Positions 9,396 to 18,181 of a DNA stretch of 64,000 nucleotides are shown here, one piece after another. Every line of letters starts with the position of its first letter. Position 1 is the stretch's first letter. Origin of the DNA: Patescibacteria group bacterium. GTDB lineage: Bacteria > Patescibacteriota > Patescibacteriia > UBA10025 > JAHIVO01. The stretch lies in assembly GCA_041650915.1 (NCBI GenBank), contig JBAZKE010000006.1:8961-72960 (forward strand), in the 5' to 3' direction. The notes below the pieces were generated by a model. That model was not told the origin of the DNA, searched no databases, and worked only from the letters and a program-made list of their open reading frames with translations. Both the position numbers and the translations under genes were made by a program.

Positions 9396-9821
9396 ATGAC
9401 ACGCCAAGCTGGACTAGAAGCAGTTATCGATCTCTCGGATGAGATCTCCGACCTCGCCGATCTCGTCGCCGACGTAGCTTCAGCGATTAATTACAATTCG
9501 GCCAAGGCTGAGCTATTTGCCGTCATGCTCCTCGACGCCATCGCGGAGTCCGCGCAGGACAGCCAAGTCGACACTTTCATGGGTGTACCGAATGGTGTTC
9601 CTGGTGTGCCGCCGGCTCCCGGGGCACCTGCCGATATGATGCTCGAGGCGCCCGCGCCCATGACGGATATGCCCGGGGCACCGCCCGTGGACATGGGTCT
9701 GGGTTTGGGCGGTCCTGCGGAAGCTGAATTGGGAGGAGCGCCTGTACCAGCTGAATTGGGAGATACGCCCGGCCCAGACGACGAAATCGTCGATGTCGAT
9801 GAAGCCGACGTCGAGTTCTAG
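9396..9821 (+). CDS. Hypothetical low-complexity P/A/G-rich acidic protein
   Basis: 141-aa ORF with RBS AGAGG. PGAP/APAP-type repeats and an acidic tail DDEIVDVDEADVEF. Confidence 0.5.
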   Translation: MTRQAGLEAVIDLSDEISDLADLVADVASAINYNSAKAELFAVMLLDAIAESAQDSQVDTFMGVPNGVPGVPPAPGAPADMMLEAPAPMTDMPGAPPVDMGLGLGGPAEAELGGAPVPAELGDTPGPDDEIVDVDEADVEF

Positions 9822-10024
9822 TGCCGCTCGCGAGATTCATTGTAGCGTGGTGCTGTGCGGCGGAGCTGCCCGACCGCAATGCAGTCATGAAATACTGTAC
9901 TTCCACCTTGGCTACGCTGCGTGACGTTCGGCATCATGGCCTCGCTGTAGAAGTCAGAGAAGCGATCAAGAAAGGTCGCGAGCGCTACATAAAAGATTTC
10001 ATTAAGGACCTGTCGTGCCGGTAG
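9821..10024 (+). CDS. Hypothetical small protein
   Basis: 67-aa ORF with GTG start overlapping the upstream stop. Weak support. Confidence 0.3.
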   Translation: MPLARFIVAWCCAAELPDRNAVMKYCTSTLATLRDVRHHGLAVEVREAIKKGRERYIKDFIKDLSCR

Positions 10025-10611
10025 ACCTGGATTCAGCAACGTTCCTGCAAATCGGCGAGCCCGTTGGCACTCCTGAGGGGCCCGGCGTCGTCGTGGACAT
10101 CGCGCTGAATCTAGCGAACTATGGCGGCGAATTGCAGATCGATCCGCCTGCCATTTCAGTAAAACTCGATTCAGGCAAAACCATACAGGCATGTCTCTGC
10201 AGCTTGGACTTCGGAGATCCAGACATCAATGCTGAAATTAGTCGAGAATTTGACCGTCTGTGGCCGCCCGTTGAATCCGTTCCAGAAGCTGGACTAGAGA
10301 GAACTGCCATCTCGCCTCGATACGATACAACGGTGTTGCTCGGCGAAACTCTAGAAGAGTTCGCGCCGGACGTTGCAGCCAAGGCAGCGGGTTTGGGTCT
10401 CGTGGACGCGATCAAAATCTACGATAAAGTCTATGCACCGCTAACGCGCGATCGACGTCCCGGTGAAGAGGTCATGCGCCTCGTTGAGCTGGAAAAGTAT
10501 TTGGTTATTGAAATGAATTCGATTCCCACCCACTATCGCGACACCATCGACACCTGGCTGATGCGGCAGTTTGAATTAAATGTCCGCTGGGTCGCTGTGC
10601 TACCCGCCTGA
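10015..10611 (+). CDS. Hypothetical protein (198 aa)
   Basis: ORF with GTG start overlapping the upstream gene end. Confidence 0.45.
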   Translation: MPVDLDSATFLQIGEPVGTPEGPGVVVDIALNLANYGGELQIDPPAISVKLDSGKTIQACLCSLDFGDPDINAEISREFDRLWPPVESVPEAGLERTAISPRYDTTVLLGETLEEFAPDVAAKAAGLGLVDAIKIYDKVYAPLTRDRRPGEEVMRLVELEKYLVIEMNSIPTHYRDTIDTWLMRQFELNVRWVAVLPA

Positions 10612-10670
10612 TTCTTTTCTTCCACGTTAATTTATAGTAGTCCAAAACTCCTGCGAGTTGAGTTATCCCT

Positions 10671-11429
10671 ATGCCCAAACCCGGCGCGGTTATTACAAGC
10701 ATTCCCGGCTATGACGTCGGTTCCGGCGCCATTGTGTTGTCGTGGCGCAATAGTATTGCAAAACTATGGCTTCAAGATAAACAAAAAGTCGTAAGACTCA
10801 AGATTCCCGAGTCTATCGTCCCGAAAATCGAAGACTTTTCGCTCAGGGCGGCGCCGTCCATAATCGATCAATCCGTTGAACAGCGACCAGATCAAATCAC
10901 AGGGCTACCGAGTTTCTGGGGACCCCGAGACCCCAACTACCCATCGAGCCTCACGGATGTGTCATATAGACCACAACAATGGTGGAACCGCATGGTGGGG
11001 AGATGGGCCAAATTATTGAATAATTCCGCTGAGTTGCAGCGCCGAATCGCTTCTCTGAAAGGTGCAGAAATGCTAAATCCACAGTCAAAACCGCAGCGTA
11101 TCATGCACCTGGAACTCTGGACACCGGAGATGGAAAAGGACGCTGAGCTGGATAAAGAGACTTTGGTCAAGCTCACCCAGGAATGTTGGGATGAGTACGA
11201 GCACCTCCGAACCCGAAGTCACCCCAGATTCGGCCGAGGCTGGAATACCCGGATTGCGGAATTCCTGGTATTTTTCATCGCCGAGAATGAGCTTACCCGA
11301 GAAGAGCGCTGCTGCTTCCTAGAATTCATGAAGACCATCGGGCTGATTCAGGAAAATGATTGCATTGAGGTCAAGACGCTGATGTCGCAGTACCTGCCCG
11401 AGGCTATGCGGATCGAAATTCAGAAGTAA
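10671..11429 (+). CDS. Hypothetical protein (252 aa)
   Basis: ORF sitting between two + strand genes. No recognisable motif. Confidence 0.5.
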   Translation: MPKPGAVITSIPGYDVGSGAIVLSWRNSIAKLWLQDKQKVVRLKIPESIVPKIEDFSLRAAPSIIDQSVEQRPDQITGLPSFWGPRDPNYPSSLTDVSYRPQQWWNRMVGRWAKLLNNSAELQRRIASLKGAEMLNPQSKPQRIMHLELWTPEMEKDAELDKETLVKLTQECWDEYEHLRTRSHPRFGRGWNTRIAEFLVFFIAENELTREERCCFLEFMKTIGLIQENDCIEVKTLMSQYLPEAMRIEIQK

Positions 11430-12847
11430 TGTTGTACCGCGGCCATCTATATCGTCTGGCTGGGTTAAGCGCCGCACCACGCAGCGCTGCGCCCAAGCTA
11501 GACCCCAAAGATAAGAAACTCACAGACGAGGATAAGAAACCTGTACTCGAAGCATGGCAGCCCCTGACGGACAAGCTCCTGGCACAGTATGAAATTAGAC
11601 CCAACGGGCCCATAGTGGTTACGCAGGAAGCCGATGGGTACGATTTAATCTATAGTATTGACCAGGTGTTCAATTCTCCAGCGTTCATTCGATTCGACGT
11701 CTCGACGGCCAAGAAAGCCATTCAAGAAATCCAGGTCCGGCTCATGTGCTCGCCGCCGCATTCATTCGTCGCGGCGCAACCGGCTCATGTCAAAGACCTC
11801 ATGATGGCATTGAAGACAATTTCAAAGTGCCAGAAGCGATCTGGTACATTCACGCCTCTCGACGAGAACGCCGCACAAAAGGAAGCCGAGGATTACGTCG
11901 AGAACACCATTATGTTCCTGGTGAACGCAGGCGTGGAAATAGATTTCACCAAGCAAGATGATGTCGTCGCGGCACTGGAAAAAGCCGACCTCGATGAAGG
12001 CGAAAAAGCCGCCGCGCAAGCCGCTGTTAAACAATGGGACCGCGACGAATATACAGCTTTTGTGAAGTTACTCCAGCAGCAAGCCGGGGAAATCATCAGT
12101 GTCCGGGAATCCATTTACAAGAAAGTCGCTGAGCTGACTCGGCACGAAGCCTTCGCCGTTAGCCCAGAAACCGTCAGAATCGAAGGCTACCATAACGGCG
12201 CCGCGGTCATTGGATTAGACGTACCTTGGCCCACCGTTCTGGAACTCACGGGACGCGGCGAAAACCTCAAACTCGTGAACTTCGCCACGACTATCTGCAG
12301 TGTGATTGTGAATTCCGGGCCCAATGAAAACTTAGCCAAAGCGCTTCTCACTGCGCAAGTGGATTTGATTCTCGCGGGCGACCGTGCGGCCAACCCGAGT
12401 CTCAGCAAGCCCACGACCGATAAGCTCAATTGGACCGACGAGCAAGTCCAGGAGTTCTTGAAGACGGGCGTTGGCTTGTTGGCACACAGGGTGGATTTGA
12501 AACAGCCACGCAACAACGACCTCACGAGCGTCGTCGTGGACAATAAAGTAATTGAATCGTATGAAAAGGGACCGGAGAATCAAATCGAAAGAAACGCAAA
12601 AGAATATCGTGCTAGCGTTCAGCGGCAGCTAAATAGTAGAAAGCCGGCCTACTGGTTTACATATTATGAAAACGATAATAAAGTAGAAGTTCACGCTACT
12701 GGAAACGGTAAAATCGTCAAAACTTTCCAAAATATTCCGCATCGATTCGACTATGATCTGGATAAACTCCCCATGGAGACAGCGCAACGACCAGATCAAG
12801 AGAAGCCGCAAAAGAAAAGAAGCGTGAGAACTCGCGCCAGACAGTAA
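11429..12847 (+). CDS. Hypothetical protein (472 aa) with N-terminal hairpin tag MLYRGHLYRL
   Basis: ATG overlaps the upstream stop. Tag variant at residues 2-10. Confidence 0.6.
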   Translation: MLYRGHLYRLAGLSAAPRSAAPKLDPKDKKLTDEDKKPVLEAWQPLTDKLLAQYEIRPNGPIVVTQEADGYDLIYSIDQVFNSPAFIRFDVSTAKKAIQEIQVRLMCSPPHSFVAAQPAHVKDLMMALKTISKCQKRSGTFTPLDENAAQKEAEDYVENTIMFLVNAGVEIDFTKQDDVVAALEKADLDEGEKAAAQAAVKQWDRDEYTAFVKLLQQQAGEIISVRESIYKKVAELTRHEAFAVSPETVRIEGYHNGAAVIGLDVPWPTVLELTGRGENLKLVNFATTICSVIVNSGPNENLAKALLTAQVDLILAGDRAANPSLSKPTTDKLNWTDEQVQEFLKTGVGLLAHRVDLKQPRNNDLTSVVVDNKVIESYEKGPENQIERNAKEYRASVQRQLNSRKPAYWFTYYENDNKVEVHATGNGKIVKTFQNIPHRFDYDLDKLPMETAQRPDQEKPQKKRSVRTRARQ

Positions 12848-12856
12848 AACATCTGC

Positions 12857-14059
12857 ATGAAAATTACACCGGAAATCATGGCGGAGTGCAAGCATTACCC
12901 AGATGGTACTATAGGTGTACGAAATCGTAGCGGCAGAATGATAAAGTATGAATGCTGCGCGTCCTGTGCTGGGTGCGGCGAACCATTTTTATCTGAACAT
13001 TTCTACAAAAACGGACAGCGCGTTTTTAACACGTATTGCTCTGTTTCTTGTAGAAGTAAAAATATGGTTCTTTCCGACGAAACACACCACAAAATGGTGG
13101 TGTCGCATCTCGGTAAACCTGTTTCACCAGAAACGCGTAGGAAGTTAAGCGCAGCGTCTCGTGGTAGACCAATGCCCCTGCACGTGTCGGCTGTATTGCA
13201 CTCACCAGAGGCCAAACTAAAAGCCAGAGCAGGGCGAGACGCCCACGTGGCACTGCATGGTGGAAATTTAAAACCAGCACAGCATGCTGCTAAACACAAC
13301 CACTACCGACACTATATAAATAAAGCGGCAAACCGCGGTTTGATTTTTGAACTGACTAAAGATGAATTCTTAGACATAACATCTAAGCCTTGTCATTACT
13401 GCGGTGTAGCATCCAGCATCACAGTTAAAAATCATGCTTGCTGCACCACAGATGGTTTTTATGTCTGCAATGGCGTAGATCGCGTGGATTCAAGCAAAGG
13501 ATATACGCTGGATAACGTGGTTCCGTGCTGCACCCAGTGTAACATAGCAAAGTTAAATAAAAATATCGCTGAGTTTTTAATTTGGGTACTGAAAACGGAT
13601 TTGTTTTTACGTAATAAACCCACTAGTTTAACTTATTTCGGAGACATCATTGAGGCACAGCAGAGCGTTATGCGCGTTGTATTTGGTGAGCATAAGCGTA
13701 GGCGTAAGCACGGCAGTAAAGATTATATAGTCAGCACGCTGAGCATAATTGATTTTGCACGCCTAATAAGAACGCAATGCTTCTACTGCGGTGGAGGGTT
13801 ATCTAACGCGCGTGCACGCACTTACGGGCGTAACAGAAAACGTCCGGCTGATGGTGTAGTGCTGGAATACAATGGTTTGGACAGAATAGACCCCGATGGT
13901 GGCTATACCCTGGAAAATGTGGTTCCGTGTTGTGCAACGTGCAATAGAGCTAAATTAGATTACTCACAGGACGAATTCTATACCTGGGTAACACGCGTAG
14001 CCAACCACATTAGAAATACGCCAGAACTGTTTGATTTGGTCTCGTCCCATCTTTGTTAG
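12857..14059 (+). CDS. HNH homing endonuclease (tandem HNH_3-type motifs)
   Basis: Two copies of NGxDRxDxxxGYTLxNVVPCCxxCNxAKL. N-terminal Cys-rich segment. Markedly AT-rich compared with neighbours. Confidence 0.75.
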   Translation: MKITPEIMAECKHYPDGTIGVRNRSGRMIKYECCASCAGCGEPFLSEHFYKNGQRVFNTYCSVSCRSKNMVLSDETHHKMVVSHLGKPVSPETRRKLSAASRGRPMPLHVSAVLHSPEAKLKARAGRDAHVALHGGNLKPAQHAAKHNHYRHYINKAANRGLIFELTKDEFLDITSKPCHYCGVASSITVKNHACCTTDGFYVCNGVDRVDSSKGYTLDNVVPCCTQCNIAKLNKNIAEFLIWVLKTDLFLRNKPTSLTYFGDIIEAQQSVMRVVFGEHKRRRKHGSKDYIVSTLSIIDFARLIRTQCFYCGGGLSNARARTYGRNRKRPADGVVLEYNGLDRIDPDGGYTLENVVPCCATCNRAKLDYSQDEFYTWVTRVANHIRNTPELFDLVSSHLC

Positions 14060-14083
14060 TTTGCCGAACTTCAGGAGCCCAGA

Positions 14084-15586
14084 ATGCTCAAAGAGACAAT
14101 CATTTCGAGAAATTCGCTGGGTGCAACTCAGCTCACGCATAACATTGTAGCCAATACTTATGGCAGCGCTCCGACACTTGCAACGGATGGTTTCTACATC
14201 CGCTGCGCGGCGTCTCGCAACTACGATGCCTATGAGGCATTGTTCAGTTTCGACGGTACCGCTACCATCCTGACCAAGGCCGTCGTGAGGCCGTGGTTTT
14301 GGGTGCCGGACCACGATCCCGGCGCGGCTGGCGGCACCTGGCTGGCCGGCAAGTTCATGGAGAACATTTCAACGGGCGCTGGTAGCACTGATGTATTTGC
14401 TGCGGTCAGGAGAATCAATAGCGTCCCGGTAGCGGCTACCCGCTGCTATCTCCAGGTCGTCAGTGTTGTGGGGTTCATTCCCGTTGACCTATACATGACG
14501 GTCATGGGGATTGAAGGTATTGTTGCCGAAGTCGACATGACGGATGTCTCGGTTGAATTGGACGTCGGGGACGTCTCGGTTATGGCACCGTTCACTCAGG
14601 CAACCCATACTACGCCCGTATCGTTCACGGCGGCATTCGCGACTGCAAACACGATTCTCTGTGCTTCGGCGCCGTTCGTGATCGATGAGGCTAACTGCCG
14701 GGTAGTATTTGTGTTGTACCGACACGTCGGTGACCTGTGGTCGGCCCCGTTGGTCAATGGCATTGGCGGCGTATCACTGACAGCCGCCGCCAACGTCATC
14801 ACGCTGGCCGGTACTGCTGGGGCCCCGCTGCTCGCAGGTGATGAACTGTGGGTTGGGGTGCAGCAGCGCCCAGTGTCGGGTGGTGGGGGCGGCGCAGCCG
14901 GTGGCGGCGACGCTATTTACACTTCCCCAAACGATTTCTCGGTTACGTTTTTGGCGCCTACGCAGTTGACCCTCACGGGACTGTCGTACACCCCGACGTT
15001 GGGACAATTCGTTTCGGTGTACTATGTTGACGTGGCCGGTATGGCCAAGACTCTAACGCCCGACACCAACGCGTTCGCCTGGAATTCAGGGACCGGAATT
15101 CTGACCGTCACGTCCGCTACTTTTGCGGCAACTGATTCATACCGCGTTATGGTATTCGGCCCCGACAAATCTCTGGACCTCGCCAGTAACTCAAAACGAA
15201 CAGCAGAAATTAGCCCCGCAAATCTCTACGCCACTACCGAACCCCTGGTGGACGCCACTAACGTTGGAGCCGGAACCGTATATTACCCGAGCGACACGGG
15301 TGGTGATATGTTAGGTTACGGTGGATTGTGCCTACAGATGGTTACAAGTGGAGGTGTTACGACGACCGTAGAAGTGACGAACGACACGGCCGCGGTCCCT
15401 GACTGGCTGGACATCACGTTGGCGGGCGACGATCTGTGTCTGCGGTCATGGGCTGCCAGCTATGTAGATCGATCCACCATGGTGGACTTCGACAATCTGA
15501 ACGTCCGGGCATTTCGCATCAAGTCAATAACGGCCGATGCGTCCAACGCTGTCCAGTACAACATCCGTCGCAAGGCCGTCAGCTAA
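14084..15586 (+). CDS. Hypothetical structural (tail fibre/baseplate-like) protein, Gly-rich
   Basis: 500-aa ORF with RBS GGAG. T/S/G/A-rich composition and a GGGGGAAGGG stretch. Confidence 0.55.
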   Translation: MLKETIISRNSLGATQLTHNIVANTYGSAPTLATDGFYIRCAASRNYDAYEALFSFDGTATILTKAVVRPWFWVPDHDPGAAGGTWLAGKFMENISTGAGSTDVFAAVRRINSVPVAATRCYLQVVSVVGFIPVDLYMTVMGIEGIVAEVDMTDVSVELDVGDVSVMAPFTQATHTTPVSFTAAFATANTILCASAPFVIDEANCRVVFVLYRHVGDLWSAPLVNGIGGVSLTAAANVITLAGTAGAPLLAGDELWVGVQQRPVSGGGGGAAGGGDAIYTSPNDFSVTFLAPTQLTLTGLSYTPTLGQFVSVYYVDVAGMAKTLTPDTNAFAWNSGTGILTVTSATFAATDSYRVMVFGPDKSLDLASNSKRTAEISPANLYATTEPLVDATNVGAGTVYYPSDTGGDMLGYGGLCLQMVTSGGVTTTVEVTNDTAAVPDWLDITLAGDDLCLRSWAASYVDRSTMVDFDNLNVRAFRIKSITADASNAVQYNIRRKAVS

Positions 15587-15596
15587 TAGGTGCAGC

Positions 15597-15878
15597 ATGA
15601 TTCTTTACCCGAAAAACTACGTTGAGAAGCCGTCGACCGAGAAGCCAGCGCAGGACAGCAAACCGGCTATTCTGCTCATCAAGGCCTTGGCAGATAAAGA
15701 TGCCGTGACTTACGAGGAAGCCGTCAAGGCCGTGATGGTGGCGGAGAAACAGGCAGGCCGTTATTGGACCAACGATGAGGTCTGCGAGATGGTCAAGGCC
15801 GTGGATAATGAGTGGCACGGCGACGGGAAACCAGCGGCCGTGGAAATGCTGGTCGAAGACAAAGGAAAAGTGAAATAA
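15597..15878 (+). CDS. Hypothetical protein (93 aa)
   Basis: In-frame ATG with AGGTG RBS just after the upstream stop. The track ORF 15537..15878 is trimmed to this start. Confidence 0.45.
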   Translation: MILYPKNYVEKPSTEKPAQDSKPAILLIKALADKDAVTYEEAVKAVMVAEKQAGRYWTNDEVCEMVKAVDNEWHGDGKPAAVEMLVEDKGKVK

Positions 15879-16279
15879 TGCGCCCCTGCACGTCTTTGCT
15901 ACGTAATAAAGAAGTCACGCTGGATCTCACGCAGGCCGCTGCCCCCACAACCTATGATGCCCTGACGGCCACCGGCGACGTCATGATCATGGGCATAAAC
16001 GCGTACGTCCAAACTGCTGGTGGCGGCGATCTGACGTCTGTCTCGATCCAGACTAATCAAACCACACCATTGGTACTGCTGACCGCCGGCCAAGGCGCGG
16101 TGGCCAATCTACTGGCCCAGAGCCACCCGACCTCCACCATGCAGACTTTGGTGGCGCCTTGGACGTTGCGGTCGGGCCAGAAGGTGCAGTACACCTTGAC
16201 GGCCGCAGGTGGGGCCCACACGGGCTCCATGCGACTATTCTGCTCCTATATGCCAATTAGTCCCGGAGCTACTTTGTAG
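15878..16279 (+). CDS. Hypothetical protein (133 aa)
   Basis: ATG with AAAGGAAAAG RBS. The track ORF 15812..16279 is trimmed to this start. Confidence 0.45.
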   Translation: MRPCTSLLRNKEVTLDLTQAAAPTTYDALTATGDVMIMGINAYVQTAGGGDLTSVSIQTNQTTPLVLLTAGQGAVANLLAQSHPTSTMQTLVAPWTLRSGQKVQYTLTAAGGAHTGSMRLFCSYMPISPGATL

Positions 16280-16293
16280 AGTAGAGGTGCGGC

Positions 16294-16890
16294 ATGATTG
16301 GTGCAATGTTCCCGGGTTGGGAAGATCTTCGAATCACAGCTTTTGAACCAAATAGCGGGGCCGATGCTCCGCAGTTGATTCAGTTTCCTGCTGCCACGAC
16401 CTACGCGCCTCAGGTTTGGAGATTCCAGAACGTGGGGTCGGTGAATTTCTTGAACGCCGTGTCCCAGATGAGCCATGGTGTTGACCTGACGCAACCGGCT
16501 TACCTGCATCTACATCTCAGCAACGACGCCATCATGGTGGAAGGCGCCATCATTGGGCTGTTTGTCGCGTTGAATGTTTGCACCATTGGTGGGGTCTGGG
16601 GAACCGAAGAGATCTACTGGTGCAGCTATACGGTGCCGGCCGGCGGCATCGCGGCCAAGACGCACATCAAAACACCAGATGTTCCAATTTCGGCCGCACT
16701 ACAGGCCAAGATGGGCAATAGTTCGGCCATTTTGATCAGTGTGTTTCGGGACAAAGATACTGTGGTCGCGACCCAGAACGCCGGGGCCGTGACCGAGACC
16801 CTGAATGACGAAGTCTGGTTCTTGGAATGCGACTTCCACTTCTTCAAGTACCGAGGCGGTAGCCAGAATCATGCGGCTCCGTTTGCTTAG
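16294..16890 (+). CDS. Hypothetical protein (198 aa)
   Basis: RBS AGAGGTG. Confidence 0.5.
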   Translation: MIGAMFPGWEDLRITAFEPNSGADAPQLIQFPAATTYAPQVWRFQNVGSVNFLNAVSQMSHGVDLTQPAYLHLHLSNDAIMVEGAIIGLFVALNVCTIGGVWGTEEIYWCSYTVPAGGIAAKTHIKTPDVPISAALQAKMGNSSAILISVFRDKDTVVATQNAGAVTETLNDEVWFLECDFHFFKYRGGSQNHAAPFA

Positions 16891-16948
16891 TAGTTTGTCC
16901 GCAGTGCAAATTAGACTAAATGATCAGTAGACAATATAAAGGTGACGC

Positions 16949-18181
16949 ATGTTGATAACACCTACATCGGAAAAAATGAGGGGCTTGGTCGACCTTATTG
17001 ATCTGACCGACCCCGTCGCGATAGCGCAAAGGGGCGGCACCGTCACGGGAGCGCTGCAATTTGATGCTGTGAAAGGGGCCTACCTGGATGGCGTCAACGA
17101 CTACGTCCGATATCCTGTCGGTACCCAGGTGTTCGGGGCTCCGGGTGTCTGGTCAGTAGTAATTGAGTGTACTCCGGGGTTTGAAGCCAATGACGCCGGC
17201 ATACATTATTTTATATATGGATCAGCTACATCGCGTTTGTACCACTCGGCAGGCAATCTGCTCTTCCGCATGGGGACTACATTTTATATAACTGCTGCGT
17301 ATGCGGCATATGCGGCATATTGGAAAACAAACCAACGCAACGTAATCGTGTATACGGCAATAAACGGAAGTCCAAAGCTTTACCTAAACGGCAATCTTGT
17401 TGTTACGACAAACATACAGGTAACCGCAGAAAATTTATCTTCATTGTATGTTGGATCTGACAATAGCGGATCCGGCAAGTTCCTCGGACATATCCATAGT
17501 ATCAAATTCTTCAAGGGCACCGTTGCGGCCGATCTCCTGACCGCCGGGGAGGCGGCCTCATTTTACGACCGGTCGACTTACACGTTTCGCAGTCGCGCAA
17601 TCTGCTGCCTGCCCATGGGCGCAGAACAGCACGATCCGGTCAATAATCTCGTTCGTGACACCAGTGGACGGGGCAACCACTTCACCTTGGGCGACGGCAC
17701 CGCGGCAACCAAACCGACCAAGTTGGCGACCCGGGGCTATAGTTTTGACGGTGGGGATTATCTAAAAGCAAACTACAACATCATAAATGGAACCCCGTGG
17801 ACAGCCTGTATGTTGGTGTCTATCACAGGTTCTAACTATTTGTTTGGTGCATATACTGGCGCGGCAGAAGTAAGGGTGAATAAGGCAATAGGAACGCCTG
17901 CTGTGCTTTTCACCACATTGGGTGCTGGCGACGTTTACACATACGACAACAAAATATCTACTAACGCAACCACAATAGTTAATGACCGGGCTTTGTCATT
18001 TATTACATTTAGTGACACCGACTGTGCATACTCGTCTGTAGTGAACATCATGAGTCGGTATAACAATTCGGGTCCAGCAACAGGGAACGTATATTATTTT
18101 TCACTATACCCGTTTGTTCTGACCTATCTACAACGATTCGACGAATATCAATATGCCTTGCAAAACCTGGGGAAAATCTAA
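16949..18181 (+). CDS. Hypothetical structural protein (410 aa)
   Basis: RBS AAAGGTGA. Beta-rich T/S/N/G composition. Internal AT-rich segments. Confidence 0.55.
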   Translation: MLITPTSEKMRGLVDLIDLTDPVAIAQRGGTVTGALQFDAVKGAYLDGVNDYVRYPVGTQVFGAPGVWSVVIECTPGFEANDAGIHYFIYGSATSRLYHSAGNLLFRMGTTFYITAAYAAYAAYWKTNQRNVIVYTAINGSPKLYLNGNLVVTTNIQVTAENLSSLYVGSDNSGSGKFLGHIHSIKFFKGTVAADLLTAGEAASFYDRSTYTFRSRAICCLPMGAEQHDPVNNLVRDTSGRGNHFTLGDGTAATKPTKLATRGYSFDGGDYLKANYNIINGTPWTACMLVSITGSNYLFGAYTGAAEVRVNKAIGTPAVLFTTLGAGDVYTYDNKISTNATTIVNDRALSFITFSDTDCAYSSVVNIMSRYNNSGPATGNVYYFSLYPFVLTYLQRFDEYQYALQNLGKI

